A DNA stretch of 63,701 nucleotides, filler included, from Phoronis australis (lineage: Eukaryota; Animalia; Phoronida): NCBI GenBank assembly GCA_002633005.1. It is 11 parts of 11 records of this genome, joined end to end, with 100 filler letters (N's around TTAATTAATTAA, not from the genome) between each part and the next. Parts side by side here need not be neighbours in the genome. Positions count along the whole stretch, not along the records: positions 29,923 to 35,706 come from NMRA01001529.1; positions 35,807 to 46,131 come from NMRA01001760.1; positions 46,232 to 48,256 come from NMRA01003887.1; 8 more parts are not named here. One strand, 5' to 3'. Shown one piece after another: positions 35,407 through 47,472 of the stretch; the first letter of the stretch is position 1; every line of letters starts with the position of its first letter. The position numbers and the translations under genes are program-made. Under the pieces are notes generated by a model, which had not been told where the DNA came from, made no database searches, and saw nothing but the letters and a program-made list of their open reading frames with translations.

Positions 35407-37984
35407 GTCAGTTCCTCTTTTAGTTTCCATGTACTTTATTGACTTTGGATAACTTTTAAAATGGCGAGTTAGCCCCTGATATCTTATTACACAATGGACT
35501 TTGCTGCCTCTGGTTACTCCTGCAGTTGGATTTGCTGTTGCACTTGAAATTGTCAATTTTAAACTTTGAAGTCTTACTGATTGATGTAGTTTTAAAATAT
35601 TACAAAGAAAAGCCTCTCAATATCTTAAAACTGTTGCCATGGTTATAAGCTAGAGTGTGATACTTAGAATACACAGTCCCTAACTTTTAATTCAGCACAT
35701 CATACTNNNNNNNNNNNNNNNNNNNNNNNNNNNNNNNNNNNNNNNNNNNNTTAATTAATTAANNNNNNNNNNNNNNNNNNNNNNNNNNNNNNNNNNNNNN
35801 NNNNNNCCAGGGGGGCTTGGGGGTGATTAGGCAATGCATACCCCTTTCATTTTTTAATCAACAGGTTCTGAAACCCAAAATTTGAGACCCCTGCATCCCC
35901 ACATTTTAGGCTGGGTGCGCACATCTGCCGAAATACTGGTTATCCCCTGGCCCCTCCTAACTCAAAATCCTGGATCCGCCCCTGCTATCAGTTGATCACA
36001 ATGGCCAACATATCCTTGATCTGGTTTGGCAAGGGGGCAAGCAGGAGCTTGGTGATAACAATCACACTTGCTAAAATCAAGCCTCACGAACTCTATCACA
36101 GCCAACAATTGATCATCAATTTTTTCAATACCTAATCTGAAAGTCATTTAACAAAATCCACAAAATCAGGGTTGACAAGGATAAAAAACATAGAGCATCA
36201 GATCTGCAAAATGTTAAAATTCAACTTGCCTGAGCAGAAACAATTCTTAACAGAAACACTTGTTAAATGCCTGGCACCAAATTAGCATAGTGATACATTA
36301 AGAATTATACCAATAGCAGAAAGACCGTCAAATACCTGGAAAATTTGCACACTTCAATCAGGATTAAATAATAACAGTTTCATTTTTTAAATAATAAAAG
36401 TTTCTTTATGACTACTGACATAATGTACCCTCTGTAAACAACAGCTGCACATTTAATTATAACAGGCAATAATCATGACAAAATGGCAATTTCCAAAAAT
36501 GTGCATATTCCTCAGAGCTAGATGTCATTTTTTTAAGCATGTCAACTGCAATTATTTGTTCAGCATCTCATCATGGAACCAGAATTTTATCCGAATGCAG
36601 TATGATCAAAACAGGCATACTTAAGTACACTACAATAAAAACCACCAGTTTCCACAAAAGTTATTTTGATATTTAAACAAACAAAAGTGCATGCTGTAGA
36701 CAACAATGTTATATGAAAAGCTGACTTCCAATCCCAGTGTGTATGTGTGCAGGCACGGACACTAAAAAATGATCACAAGCAGTGAGAGTGCGGCAATGAG
36801 ACCTCTTCTTGAGGGTCCACCCACTTTTAGTCTATATATATATTCTCCAGTTTGGGGCAGCCACTAAAATACGACCAGCCAAAGTTGAATTTTCATGGTT
36901 AGAGACAATGATTTATTTTGGTCTTGTCCATCACATTTATATTAAATTTCGCAGTGCATTTCGTGTCAACATAGCGTGAAAGTAGAATCAGCTGTTCAAC
37001 AACATAATGGTATACCCTTTATTGCCTACTTTCAAAATTTTGTACAGTACAACCTCTGACACTGAGCAAAAATAATTTAAAAGTTCATTGTCCCAAACTG
37101 GAGAATTTTTACCATGCATTGAATATTTTTTCATTTCTTATAGGTTTTCAAAGTTTTTGAGCATGCACATTCACCAATAATTAGTCCCCAGAATGCTTGC
37201 GCAGTCACATACCAGTGACAGATAAATAGCCACAGAACATTAAGCATCTCTCAAAGTAGAAAGTCAGAAGAAGCATCTATAAATTAAAGTTCCAAAGGCC
37301 ACAGTCATTACAGGATATGCCAGGAGGGTTATTAGCATCCCTCTTGACACTGGAAACAGAAAACTAAGCTGTAGAAGGCACACTCTTACCACCTGGCTTG
37401 TACATTCCCTTACATATAGAGAAAGGTCAACAATATACCGTGAAGCACTTACACACAGTAAAATCATGTTATAACAAAACCTCTCAAGACTTTTGAAAAA
37501 ACCTGTTGTATCTGAAGTTAAATCTAACCAAAGTAATTTCCAAGTGGTATAGCTGTCTTAGGACTTACGGAAAAGAATGTTATGAGTGAGCAAACGTTAA
37601 AAACGGGTTCATTTTAACAAGGTTTGACTGTAGTAGAATTTTGGCTGATTACACCTTAAGTAGCAGTGACAATTTTAAAAAAATTAAACAAAAAATAACT
37701 TTAAATGTCTGTCCTTCAAGGTAGCATTGTATTCATGTATTACCTGCTCGTGCATTGGTTCACTGTTTAACAAACATAGACCACAACAGAGATGCTATGT
37801 TTATCTGAAATACAAGTTGTTGAAGAAAACTTCAGAATTGCATCATTAGTATTTGTTGTTTGAAATTTTCTACATTTTCTTATTCTGGCTATGGGCATGT
37901 ATTGTAAATTGTACTAAAATGCCACAATTTACACCGACTTCAAAATAAAGTTGTTTTATGCCAAGATGAACGTGACATACCTTA

Positions 37985-38771
37985 ACCTCCACTAAGTTAC
38001 TTGACAGGACATATGCTGTACCAGACAAAGAGGCTGACTTCTAGACTTCTAGATTGCATGCACAGGGCATTATAACAGAAATTCTTGGTATTATGCTATC
38101 TTCCTTCTTTCCGCTTGACCTATTGTCAGGAGTTAACATAAACCCTACGATAAGGGAGAACAACACCGGAAATTTAAGTTTCATCTCATTGACAATGATG
38201 GTCCAGTCAAACTGACGTGTCATAAGAGTTTTTGTTCTTTACTTGCAAATGAGAAATACATCCATGCTTTGAGCCAGTTTGAGCCAGCTATAGCATCATT
38301 TTCCTTCATACGTTGTTCTGTAATGGCATATTTGAGTTCTTCATACTTCAAAATTCTAGGAGCTCTTTCAACAACCTACTTTCCAGACGAAGATGCACTT
38401 GTAGATTTCGAGAAGTGTTCAGTGCTAAATCACTGCAAATATTCTCATCAGCTGGTGCACGTTTCTGAAATTCTTAAACAGCTGATGCTGGCTGGAGCTC
38501 AGTAAGTTTGGGACGGGTTTCTCTGGTCACCTCTAACTTCAGATCTGGCCGAGGGTAGAGTTGGGCTCTCCACCGCACAACGTTTGGATCTGCACAACTT
38601 CTGAGTTTGTTTAATTTTTGATTTGAAATGAGTCACTTTGGTGTGAATCGTCTGTAAGTGTCTTTCACAATTTATGCAGATAATCCCCTCAAAAATATTG
38701 ACACCACCATACAATGCTAAATGTTTCAATAATAGAAAAACGTCCCTTGGTGAGTGGACAGTTGCAGACAC
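37985..38771 (-). pseudogene. Degenerate, probably transposon-derived ORF fragments
   Basis: ICINCERHL Zn-finger-like motif, then FDWTIIVNEMKLKFPVLFSLI..IIPRI..LVQHM, broken by frameshifts. It resembles, from memory only, N-terminal regions of invertebrate DUF6589-type transposon-associated proteins. Confidence 0.3.
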
Positions 38772-39466
38772 AGCAAGATGGACTATGAGTCTTCACAGGT
38801 GTATTAGCTTACTTGACATGCCTTGATCACCTGAAAAGTTTGAACTGTATCTTAATAACTTATCAAACACAAGCACAGTCTTCAGCCTCTGGCTCACACA
38901 AACACTATCTGACCTGATATTAGACAAAGTAACAATTGATCACATCAAAAACCTAAAAACACTCTGGCGAAGTTGTAGTGAAGGCTGTAAAGACAGAAGA
39001 CAATAAAAAGGCAAGGCTAATCAGCTTGGCACCTCAGGCGCTTACCACGGTATTTTTTTTAAGCATAGGGCTATCCAACACGCTCGCGCTTGGCTTACAG
39101 CCGGCTTGGCGCCGGTCCCTGACCCAACTATGACGACTTAGAAAGTTCACAATTTCGAACTTTATACAACTAACGTGAACATAAACGTCTAAAATCAGTA
39201 AATAAGATTCAGGATGAGTCCAAATGCATTCCATCAAAATGATTATTATTCCAGTGCAACAGAACACAAAGCAATATACCCGGTACCTTTTCACGCACAC
39301 AGTGTTGAACCATTTTGTTTACATTGGAAGTAAAACCAAGGCATGCGCATTGGTGCCCACACACGGAATTCCGTGTGTCGTTCATCATGTTTCCACGGGG
39401 CCACTTTGCAGTATAGGTGGCGCTGTGTCAGAGGGTATACTAGTACAGCAGCGACACCGCGAGGAA

Positions 39467-40213
39467 GTAATTGTTTACAATATGACGACATTGACTTACA
39501 CATATGATTTTGGTATCGTTAGATTCCTTGAAACGTTATCTTTCCAAAAACAAACGAAAAATTCTCCTATCCCGTTCCCTTACTATTTTATCGTGAAATT
39601 CCTGCTTGCACTAATTCCCGGTAGGGCCCACCTGGCGGTCAAAAACTCAACTAATCTACCCACTGCAGATCGTCGATTTTCATAAGTTCAAGTTGACCAA
39701 GACCGTCTATCCCCTGCACGGGTTACGGTCCCAAGGGTTCGAATTCGAGCCTATGGTTACCCTGGTACGCATCTGTAAACAGGAATCCGTGAAAAAAGCA
39801 GAGGTCCAAATTGGTGAAAAGGGTATCACTTCAGACAATTTCATGGAAAATGGTCAAATGGTCACAATTCTAAAAAAATGGAAAAGGTGAAATGCTGCTA
39901 ATTGTTCCTCTATATTATGTCACTAACGTCAGGAAAACTTAGTAGCGGAATCTAGCGGGCACTAGGCAAACGCCATTCAGAATCGATGATGCTGTTTCAT
40001 TCATTAACAACAGGTGGCACTGTAATCTTGATTTGAGCTAACATGGCGGTGTCAACCGGGAAGTAAGGCGAACCGAAATTCGACGACAAAATGCAGAGGA
40101 AACGCGGTACGGGATACATTCATATATTTTTGGAAAGATAACTTTCCTAGAGATCGAACAATACCAAAATCATGTGTGTATAAGGTCAATGTCGTCATAT
40201 TGTAAACAATTAC
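39467..40213. mobile_element. Non-autonomous Mutator-like (MULE) DNA transposon
   Basis: ~155-bp TIRs beginning GTAATTGTTTACAATATGACGACATTGAC and ending GTCAATGTCGTCATATTGTAAACAATTAC. Flanking direct repeat CCGCGAGGAA (39457-39466) / CCGCGAGGAT (40214-40223). G..C termini with a 9-10-bp TSD are typical of MULEs. Confidence 0.8.
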
Positions 40214-40433
40214 CCGCGAGGATAATTCGTGAATAGCCCCATTATAAACATTTTCTGCTTCAAAATTACTGGAATATCTTGCTCTTGTTTCATCGCACAT
40301 GCAGTTTAGCTACTAGTAATGGCAGTCACTTTCCTATATTACTTTTTAGAAAATGTAGTAACATTTTTATAGCGTAAATTCTAAATAATTAAATTTTAGG
40401 AAAAGGTATAAATAATTTGGCATAAAAATAGTT

Positions 40434-40610
40434 TATTCCGTCTTCCCAAAATATTTATATCGCCTATATCTATTTACAAACGCCTGTTCTATTATTCCGT
40501 CTTCCCAAAATATTCATATCACCTATACCTATTTCCAAACGCCTGTTCTATTATTCCGTCTTCCCAAAATATTCATATCGCCTATATCTATTTACAAACG
40601 CCTGTTCTAT
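40434..40610. repeat. 59-bp tandem repeat, 3 copies
   Basis: TATTCCGTCTTCCCAAAATATT...CAAACGCCTGTTCTAT starts at 40434, 40493 and 40552. Confidence 0.9.
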
Positions 40611-40780
40611 TGTTCACTGGGTTATAGTGTCGTGGGGACAGTACTGGGCCATTCGTGGCCCAGAAACGTAAACCGGTATACAGTATAAGCGTTATCAAGC
40701 AACAGAAATCCAGTATTGGCCCAGTACCTGCATGTTTACTGGGTACTGAACCGTAAATAAATGTCAATAAAGCCACGTGA

Positions 40781-41465
40781 CACTAGTCGGATATAATGGA
40801 CCCTAACTTATTCCAAATAAATCCACTAAATGTGGGTCTAAATGTATGATTTTGATATCGTTGCATTCCTCAGACATCTGGCTATCCGTACATATCCACC
40901 TTACAACCCTCAATTACTCCGTTCTATAACTACGCTATTCCGAACTCGGTCCACTTTAGCCACGCGCATTGTAAAATCGGCAGCCATTTCAGGGAACTTA
41001 CTATACCTAGCGCCATCTATCGGCGATCTGGTACACCACGCGCTGTTCCTTTTTATCAGTCAACGTCATTGGTCGATTTCGTCGATTATTAATGTCACCG
41101 TTATTAATCATCGTACGTCTGCTCTCGTCATCACCTTCGTCGTCTCTCACGATCGTATCTGTCATCGTCATGTCGTCCATGTTGACTGATGAAAAAGGAA
41201 CAGCTTGTGTTGTAGCAAATCGCCGATAGATGGCGCTAGATATAGTAGGTTCCCTGAAATGGCTGCCAATTTCATGATGCGCGTGGCTAAAGTGGACCAA
41301 GTTTGGAATGGCGTAGTTATAGACTAGAATAATTGAGGGCCGTGAAAAGAATTTGTACAGATAGCCAGATGTCTGAGGAATGCAACGATACCAAAATCAT
41401 TCATTTAGACCTACATTTAGTGGATTTATTTGGAATAAGTTAGGGTCCATTATATCCGACTAGTG
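40781..41465. mobile_element. Foldback non-autonomous DNA transposon with ~285-bp TIRs
   Basis: CACTAGTCGGATATAATGGACCCTAACTTATTCCAAATAAATCCACTAAATGT... is mirrored at the right end around a ~115-bp core. The ends read either as CACTA with no TSD or as ACTAG with a 3-bp GAC duplication, so the superfamily is uncertain. Confidence 0.85.
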
Positions 41466-43246
41466 ACCTTTCGTTAAGGTTGGCGACAGATGACTTTTCT
41501 AAGAAAAATAGTTTTGAAGACAAAGTCAAGTAAAAGGGTTCTGCGCTCCACGTAGTCTACTCCCCATTTTGAAGAATCCAGAAGCACGTAGCTCGTGCAG
41601 TCTTCATATATACTGAGTTAGTTGTAACCATGTCCCACTTTTCTTGTTGAGGTAAATTCAGATGATTGCGCGAGTCAAAATTGGACAAAATTAAGCGCTC
41701 AGTGACCTAACAGATTTTGAAAATGTGTGACCTTCAAGCATAATGTGGGGACTTGTGTCCTCAAAATACGGCTTCAAACTTTTAATTTTATTATTTGCGA
41801 ACAACAAGAAGTTTTTAAACTTAAAAGTCCGTTAGTGCCTATCCAGGTGATTACTAGCTCGCCATGGAATATGGATAGTAAGAATAAAATTATTGATGAC
41901 TCATTTAGTTTATTCATAGAGAAAGATCTAAAATGTGTTGGAGGTAAAACTTTTAAGTCGTCTTACAAACTAAATCTGCAAGGATAGAACATCATGCCAA
42001 AGCCAACCCGCCGACGTATAGAACTCGACCGAAATCCTTGCTGTTTCCGTCACCGAAACATGACAAGAACTTCGTCTTATATTTCGTAAGGCTGTTCCCT
42101 TTGTAAACAGCTAAAGATGAATGTTCCATACACGGTTGGTTTTTAATTGTGTGTGTGCAGGTTTTAAGCAGCTACACAGCACAGTTACACTATACAGGCA
42201 ATGACTGATTTGTCAGGATTTATCATAATTTATTCCTCAATAAAATCATGTCAACGATCTTGTATGATAAATGATTAAACAGTTTCCAATGAATAACTCA
42301 ACGAATGAGGATCTGACTGTAAATCTTTTGTAGTCAACTTGATATGAATTCATATCAGGCAAAATGGGGATGTACCCTGCTTAAGTAAACTCACCCTTAT
42401 TTGTCAAACTCTGGACCACAATTTTAAACACCAAAGTTTGCCTGCTTTACTGTTCACCACACTGGCGCTTCACTGGGACTAGTTAATACAGTAAAAGTGA
42501 GAGTGACTAAAATAACTATATTATTAAAACTAATTCCCACCATTCCTCATTCTTTGAATGTATTTGACGATTAATAATAATGTCTCTTTAACTTTGTTTG
42601 AGGAAGCGGGTGCTGGGATGATGCCGGGTGCTTGACGATTTATTTGGCTGCTTACGTCAACTCACATGGGTTTTAGAAGAATGTTGCAAAAATATAATAA
42701 AATAAATCTGCACCTAGCTTTTAAATCTTAAAGAAGTTTTTTTTCAAGAGATGTATTTGCGTATGTTGTGTTTTGGTTCTAAAATAACGAATATATTTTG
42801 GAAGAAAACTCTCCAAGCATTGCAGGAGCTTGTTGAGTTAACTCAGTCTAGCTATAAAAAGTTCAAAACATTCTGCATGGTTTCATTAGCTTTCATGGTA
42901 AAAGACTGATTAGAGACGGAAAACTAATTGTTTTGAAGTCGTGGAATAATTGCGTAGGATTTAATAGACAAAAAATGGCATTTTTCAAAAGGCTATTAAA
43001 TTGACTTCAAGTTCTAAGATTTGGTTCGCAACATTGTCCTTTAACGGCAAACATTGATAAGAAACAAAAAGGTGTGAATGTATCTACGGTCATTTGTGCG
43101 ATAATAACATGTAACAACAAAAACACGCGTAAAATGGGCCTCTGAAATAGGAAAAGGTACTTTAATTTGGAAATATAGATATTTAAACATAGATGTTTTT
43201 TCCAACGTCCGCCTAATGAGTCCAGTTTAGATTGGTACATAAAATT

Positions 43247-43505
43247 CTTACTTACTTACGCCTCTTGTGATGCCTGTGTTGCATATAAGGCATCCACAAG
43301 AGGACGGCACTATCGTCGGTCATGTGCTTGATGGTATGTGGAATTCCAGGTGAGCCCATGGTAATGCATTTCACGCTCAACAGATCTTCTCCACGTCTCT
43401 CTTAGTCTTACTTCTACTGTCCACTTCATCTCCACTCGTAGTATGACTGACAGTGTTGTTCTGTTAACATAGATTATCCGCCTGCAGCGCCTTCTTATTA
43501 CATTT
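43247..43505 (-). mobile_element. 3' end of an RTE-clade LINE (5'-truncated)
   Basis: The minus strand encodes ..RETWRRSVEREMHYHGLTWNSTYHQAHDRR*CRPLVDALYA.., the typical RTE ORF C-terminus, followed by a (TAAG)n tandem tail (CTTACTTACTTAC on plus). Confidence 0.7.
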
Positions 43506-44070
43506 ATGGTTGAACTAACTTACTGGAGATACCCCAGTTCTGTGGAGTATATTTTTGTTGGAGATCTTGCCAAAAAATTCTACCAAGTATATATTATTCG
43601 TAAATTTGGAATCTCGGGATTCTGCCTCATGTGTGCTTTGTGGATTGGTTCCAGAAATGAAACGTTGTCTTGTTTATTCTTAACCTGATTATTCACAAAA
43701 TGCTTCTGGAAATCTGTAAGGGTTTTTTCTCTGAATATCGTAGTATATTGTAAGATAAAATCAAAATATTATTTGAGTTTGGCGAGAGACATTGAGTGGC
43801 AAAAATAGCTTGAAAAATACTTAGAAACCACGAAAATTCATTGTAAAATTAAAGTGGCTATTTTATGAAATTCAGAGCCAAATGGTCAGGCCATGATATT
43901 TTAATGTGAATGTATCTTAAACATGTAAAAATGTTTACTCCAGACTTGACTCTAAAAAAATCATCATGTCGCGTGAAATTTGAAAATTTTCTTGGAACTT
44001 TAACATGCGGTTGAGATTCCAGTAACGTTTTTTTGGCAAGAGGCATTGAGTGTCTGAAAGAAGTTGCTAG

Positions 44071-45021
44071 TTGTGGAGTTGTAAAAATCGATTTGGTACT
44101 CTTATCAACTGTATTACTAAATTCCAGTCGACTAGTTGTAATGATGACGGACACGTGCTTTCTTTTGTAGTGGGACACCAAGAAAGAAACAATGTTGAGG
44201 AACTGTGCGAAAGGGCAAAGCAAATGGTTTCGAATCAGCAGTGCAGTTGGAAAACGGTGGATTTTATTTATCGTAACCAACCAAAGAAAGTGTTTGACAA
44301 AATTTGGTCTGAAACCAAGGTGATAGAGCCACGTCTGAAAGATCACAATGGTGACAAAGATTGTCCTATCAATGGAAAACTAAAGGGCATATTTTTCTCA
44401 GTGAACAATCCGCTTGCTAACAACAAATATAAATTTCCACCGATATCGCCATTTGGTGACAAGCGCGTGTTCATACCAACTCAATATTTTAAGGATAAGT
44501 GCAACTTGTATTTTGCTGATTTCTATTGTTTGAAGAAGGGTGGTCCTCATTACATTATTATAGTGATGACCGAACCGAATTCTGAGCGCGACAACTTTTG
44601 TAGCAGTTGTCTGTGCAGATTGAATGTATCTGACAACCCGTTCATGAAACGAGCTCAGCAAGGAAAGTGTCACGTTATCGATAAAATTTGGGTTGAAATG
44701 TTTTACACTGAAAGCATAGATGTGGAGAAAGCTAAAACACTCGGAGCATACTCTTCTGACGTAAATTTGATTAAAAAAAAAAGTTCCACTTCTCCAAAAT
44801 ATGAGCATTGTGACGTTTGTAACATCAGGAAAACAAATGCACAGTCTACTCAGCCAACTTTCTTTGAAGTCAATAGCGGGAATAAAAAAGAAAACGAAGG
44901 GCTTCACCAAAGTTTTACGTCCTTGGAGGCACATGGCCAGAGACAGGCGACGCAAGCAAGGTGTAAGACAACGCCGAGCAAAACTAATTTGCCGCAAGTC
45001 TCAAAAACACGTCGTTCTTAA
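44071..45021 (+). CDS. PHYHIP-like protein, C-terminal domain (probably a single terminal exon from an acceptor at ~44170)
   Basis: Motifs YRNQPK, LKDHNGD..PING.LKGIFFS, PP.SPFGDKR, NLYFADFYC, HYIIIV, DNPF and VEMFYTESID parallel the PHYHIP/PHYHIPL C-terminal domain (YRNQ, LKDNSG, GVFFS, SPYG, NLYFADFYC, IIYTEPVD). Confidence 0.85.
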   Translation: MWSCKNRFGTLINCITKFQSTSCNDDGHVLSFVVGHQERNNVEELCERAKQMVSNQQCSWKTVDFIYRNQPKKVFDKIWSETKVIEPRLKDHNGDKDCPINGKLKGIFFSVNNPLANNKYKFPPISPFGDKRVFIPTQYFKDKCNLYFADFYCLKKGGPHYIIIVMTEPNSERDNFCSSCLCRLNVSDNPFMKRAQQGKCHVIDKIWVEMFYTESIDVEKAKTLGAYSSDVNLIKKKSSTSPKYEHCDVCNIRKTNAQSTQPTFFEVNSGNKKENEGLHQSFTSLEAHGQRQATQARCKTTPSKTNLPQVSKTRRS

Positions 45022-45249
45022 TAAGGCGTCTGTCGACTATTCTATGGAACGCCCCTAGCGTCACCTTGTGACGGGTCTTTTCTGACACGTGACGAGTCAT
45101 TTTTGACACGCTGACGCGTCAATGATGCTGTCGAACTCGTTTGGATGTTCTTAAAAGAACCAATCAGTGTTAAGATTTTATAGTGTGTTGACTAAACCAA
45201 TGAGATCGTCATGTTTTGAGGTGACTGACAAGAACAAAGGCTGTCAATC

Positions 45250-45491
45250 ATATATCGACTTGGTATTCCAAGAGACAAAAACAGGAGTTACTGAACACGG
45301 AAGTGTACCGGAAATGTGCATTGGATGGCTTCAAGGAATTTGTACGATCAGCAAGTACTAATAACGATGAATATATCGACTTAGTATTCCAAGAGACAAA
45401 AACAGGAGTTACTGAACACGGAAGTGTCCCGGAAATGTGCATTGGATGGCTTCAAGGAATTTGTACGATCAGCAAGTACTAATAGCGATGA
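45250..45491. repeat. 121-bp tandem duplication
   Basis: ATATATCGACTT(G/A)GTATTCCAAGAGAC...AGTACTAATA(A/G)CGATGA at 45250 and 45371, three differences by eye, no N at the junction. Confidence 0.9.
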
Positions 45492-46712
45492 TGGGTACGG
45501 CGACGACAATTTCTTGTGATAGTGCATTCCAGGAATTCCTTTCACCAAACATGAGTACGACCAACAGCAAAGCATAAGCGCGTGTCGAGTGCAAAAGAGT
45601 TAAGCCAACATTGCGGTCAGAAGAAGCGCGACATTTACAATGGAATTTCGTGGTGCAAACTTGTGTACTGGGATCGATGTCACGATGTATGAATTTGTTG
45701 TCGATTGTAAACGTTGACCTGGAGTGTTGCTGTAGACATATTTCAATGGACCAAGTGTTGCAAGAAACCGTCACTTTAGTGAAAGCGAAGTAAGTTGTCC
45801 TTTTTGTTGGCCAGGTGTGCTCGATTTCTTTGCTATCAGTGTAGGTTGTGCAAACGAATAGAGTCGTACCCCGTGTTGACAATTAACTATAGTCTAAAGA
45901 CTACTACGGGAAGTCGGGAAGGTACTTCTGATGTGGAAAATTATGATGTACACCCATTTAGAGTGTGGACTCTATATCGCAGTACTGGCAAAGCGGCCCA
46001 TCTGTAAGAAACTCCTTGAAAAACTCACCTTTTGACAAAAATTTTCTCCAAAACTGCCTTTTGTTTGGGTTAATTTCATCAGAAGGGAGGGGTGGTTCTC
46101 TACTCTAGTGAAAGTGTGCCACCAAGAGGTCNNNNNNNNNNNNNNNNNNNNNNNNNNNNNNNNNNNNNNNNNNNNTTAATTAATTAANNNNNNNNNNNNN
46201 NNNNNNNNNNNNNNNNNNNNNNNNNNNNNNNAAATGAAGCGGGCCCGTATACTTATCAATAGAGATGACGATGGTCTATCTCTTAATACAATGAGTTTAC
46301 AGCTCATTTACTTCAACGTCATACAGTGGAAAATCAATAACTTGCCACAGGACATCGAAGTAATCCGAGGAAATTTTGCCAATTTCTCGTGGAAGATTGA
46401 TCAGAACCATGCTTTACTACAAGAACAGGAATTATTTTACACAAGCAGCTGCGGCAAACTTCGCAAAAGGTTTCCGCCTTCTTACCTTCCTTCATAATGT
46501 AAACTTTTGTCACGGATCTTCTCCAACCCTGTCTTTTCTCGCCATGCCTCTTTCACCTTAACGTGCAGCGTGCCTGAAAAAACATTACGTCAGTCCTTAC
46601 TAACACATACGTCTGTAACTATAGACTGTCAGTTGTTTATTGCTGTTCAAGTGCCACCTGTAATTACTGTGTGTCAGCCGTCTCGCGGCGAGAAAAATCT
46701 AACCAAAGTCAC

Positions 46713-46936
46713 GTAATTCTAAGCGTCCTCACCGTGGAAAACCTATATAAGAACAATATGACTCAACCACCAGGGTGCGCAACTCTGCTGCTCAAACTCC
46801 AGGTCACATGTATTTTCAAGGATTTCTCCTTGAAAATACATGTGACCTGGAGTTTGAGCAGCAGGGTTGCGCACCCTGGTGGTTGAGTCATATTGTTCTT
46901 ATATAGGTTTTCCACGGTGAGGACGCTTAGAATTAC
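46713..46936. repeat. Near-perfect 224-bp palindrome (110-bp arms, 4-nt loop); MITE-like
   Basis: GTAATTCTAAGCGTCC...TTCAAGGA-TTTC-TCCTTGAA...GGACGCTTAGAATTAC with a single mismatch. Confidence 0.92.
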
Positions 46937-47349
46937 AAGGGCAATTTTGATGTGAGTAGGTTTTTGTATCTTCAACTTGGTAATCTGCAAGCTCTTTGTC
47001 TGTATCTTATTCTCTTCTTTGATGGTGAGTAATTGCGATCTTTTTTTTAGAATTTGCTGTTACAATGAACAAAGTCGTTTTGAAGGTAAGTTTAGGCGTC
47101 AGACTTTGTGTACTCATCTAGATCTTAAAAGTCGGCCCCCTTCACGATCTCTCCTTATTAAAGGCTACAATTACCGCTGTTGTCAAGGGACCTATTCATC
47201 TGGAAATCTGAAATAAGGTCAAATTGTGTGTAGCAGACCAATTAACGCATTAGCGATGTCTTCATGGTAATAAAATACTTGCAAAAATAAATCGTTTAAT
47301 TGTGGACTAAAACTGGTGATTCTTCTCACAAAGTAGTGGAGTTTGGGCT

Positions 47350-47472
47350 AATAACCGTTACCGCTCAGTCCAGATAGGGCGAATAACCGTTACCGCTCAG
47401 TCCAGATAGGGCGAATAACCGTTACCGCTCAGTCCAGATAGGGCGAATAACCGTTACCGCTCAGTCCAGATA
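47350..47472. repeat. 32-bp minisatellite, ~4 copies
   Basis: AATAACCGTTACCGCTCAGTCCAGATAGGGCG repeated head-to-tail without spacers. Confidence 0.9.
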
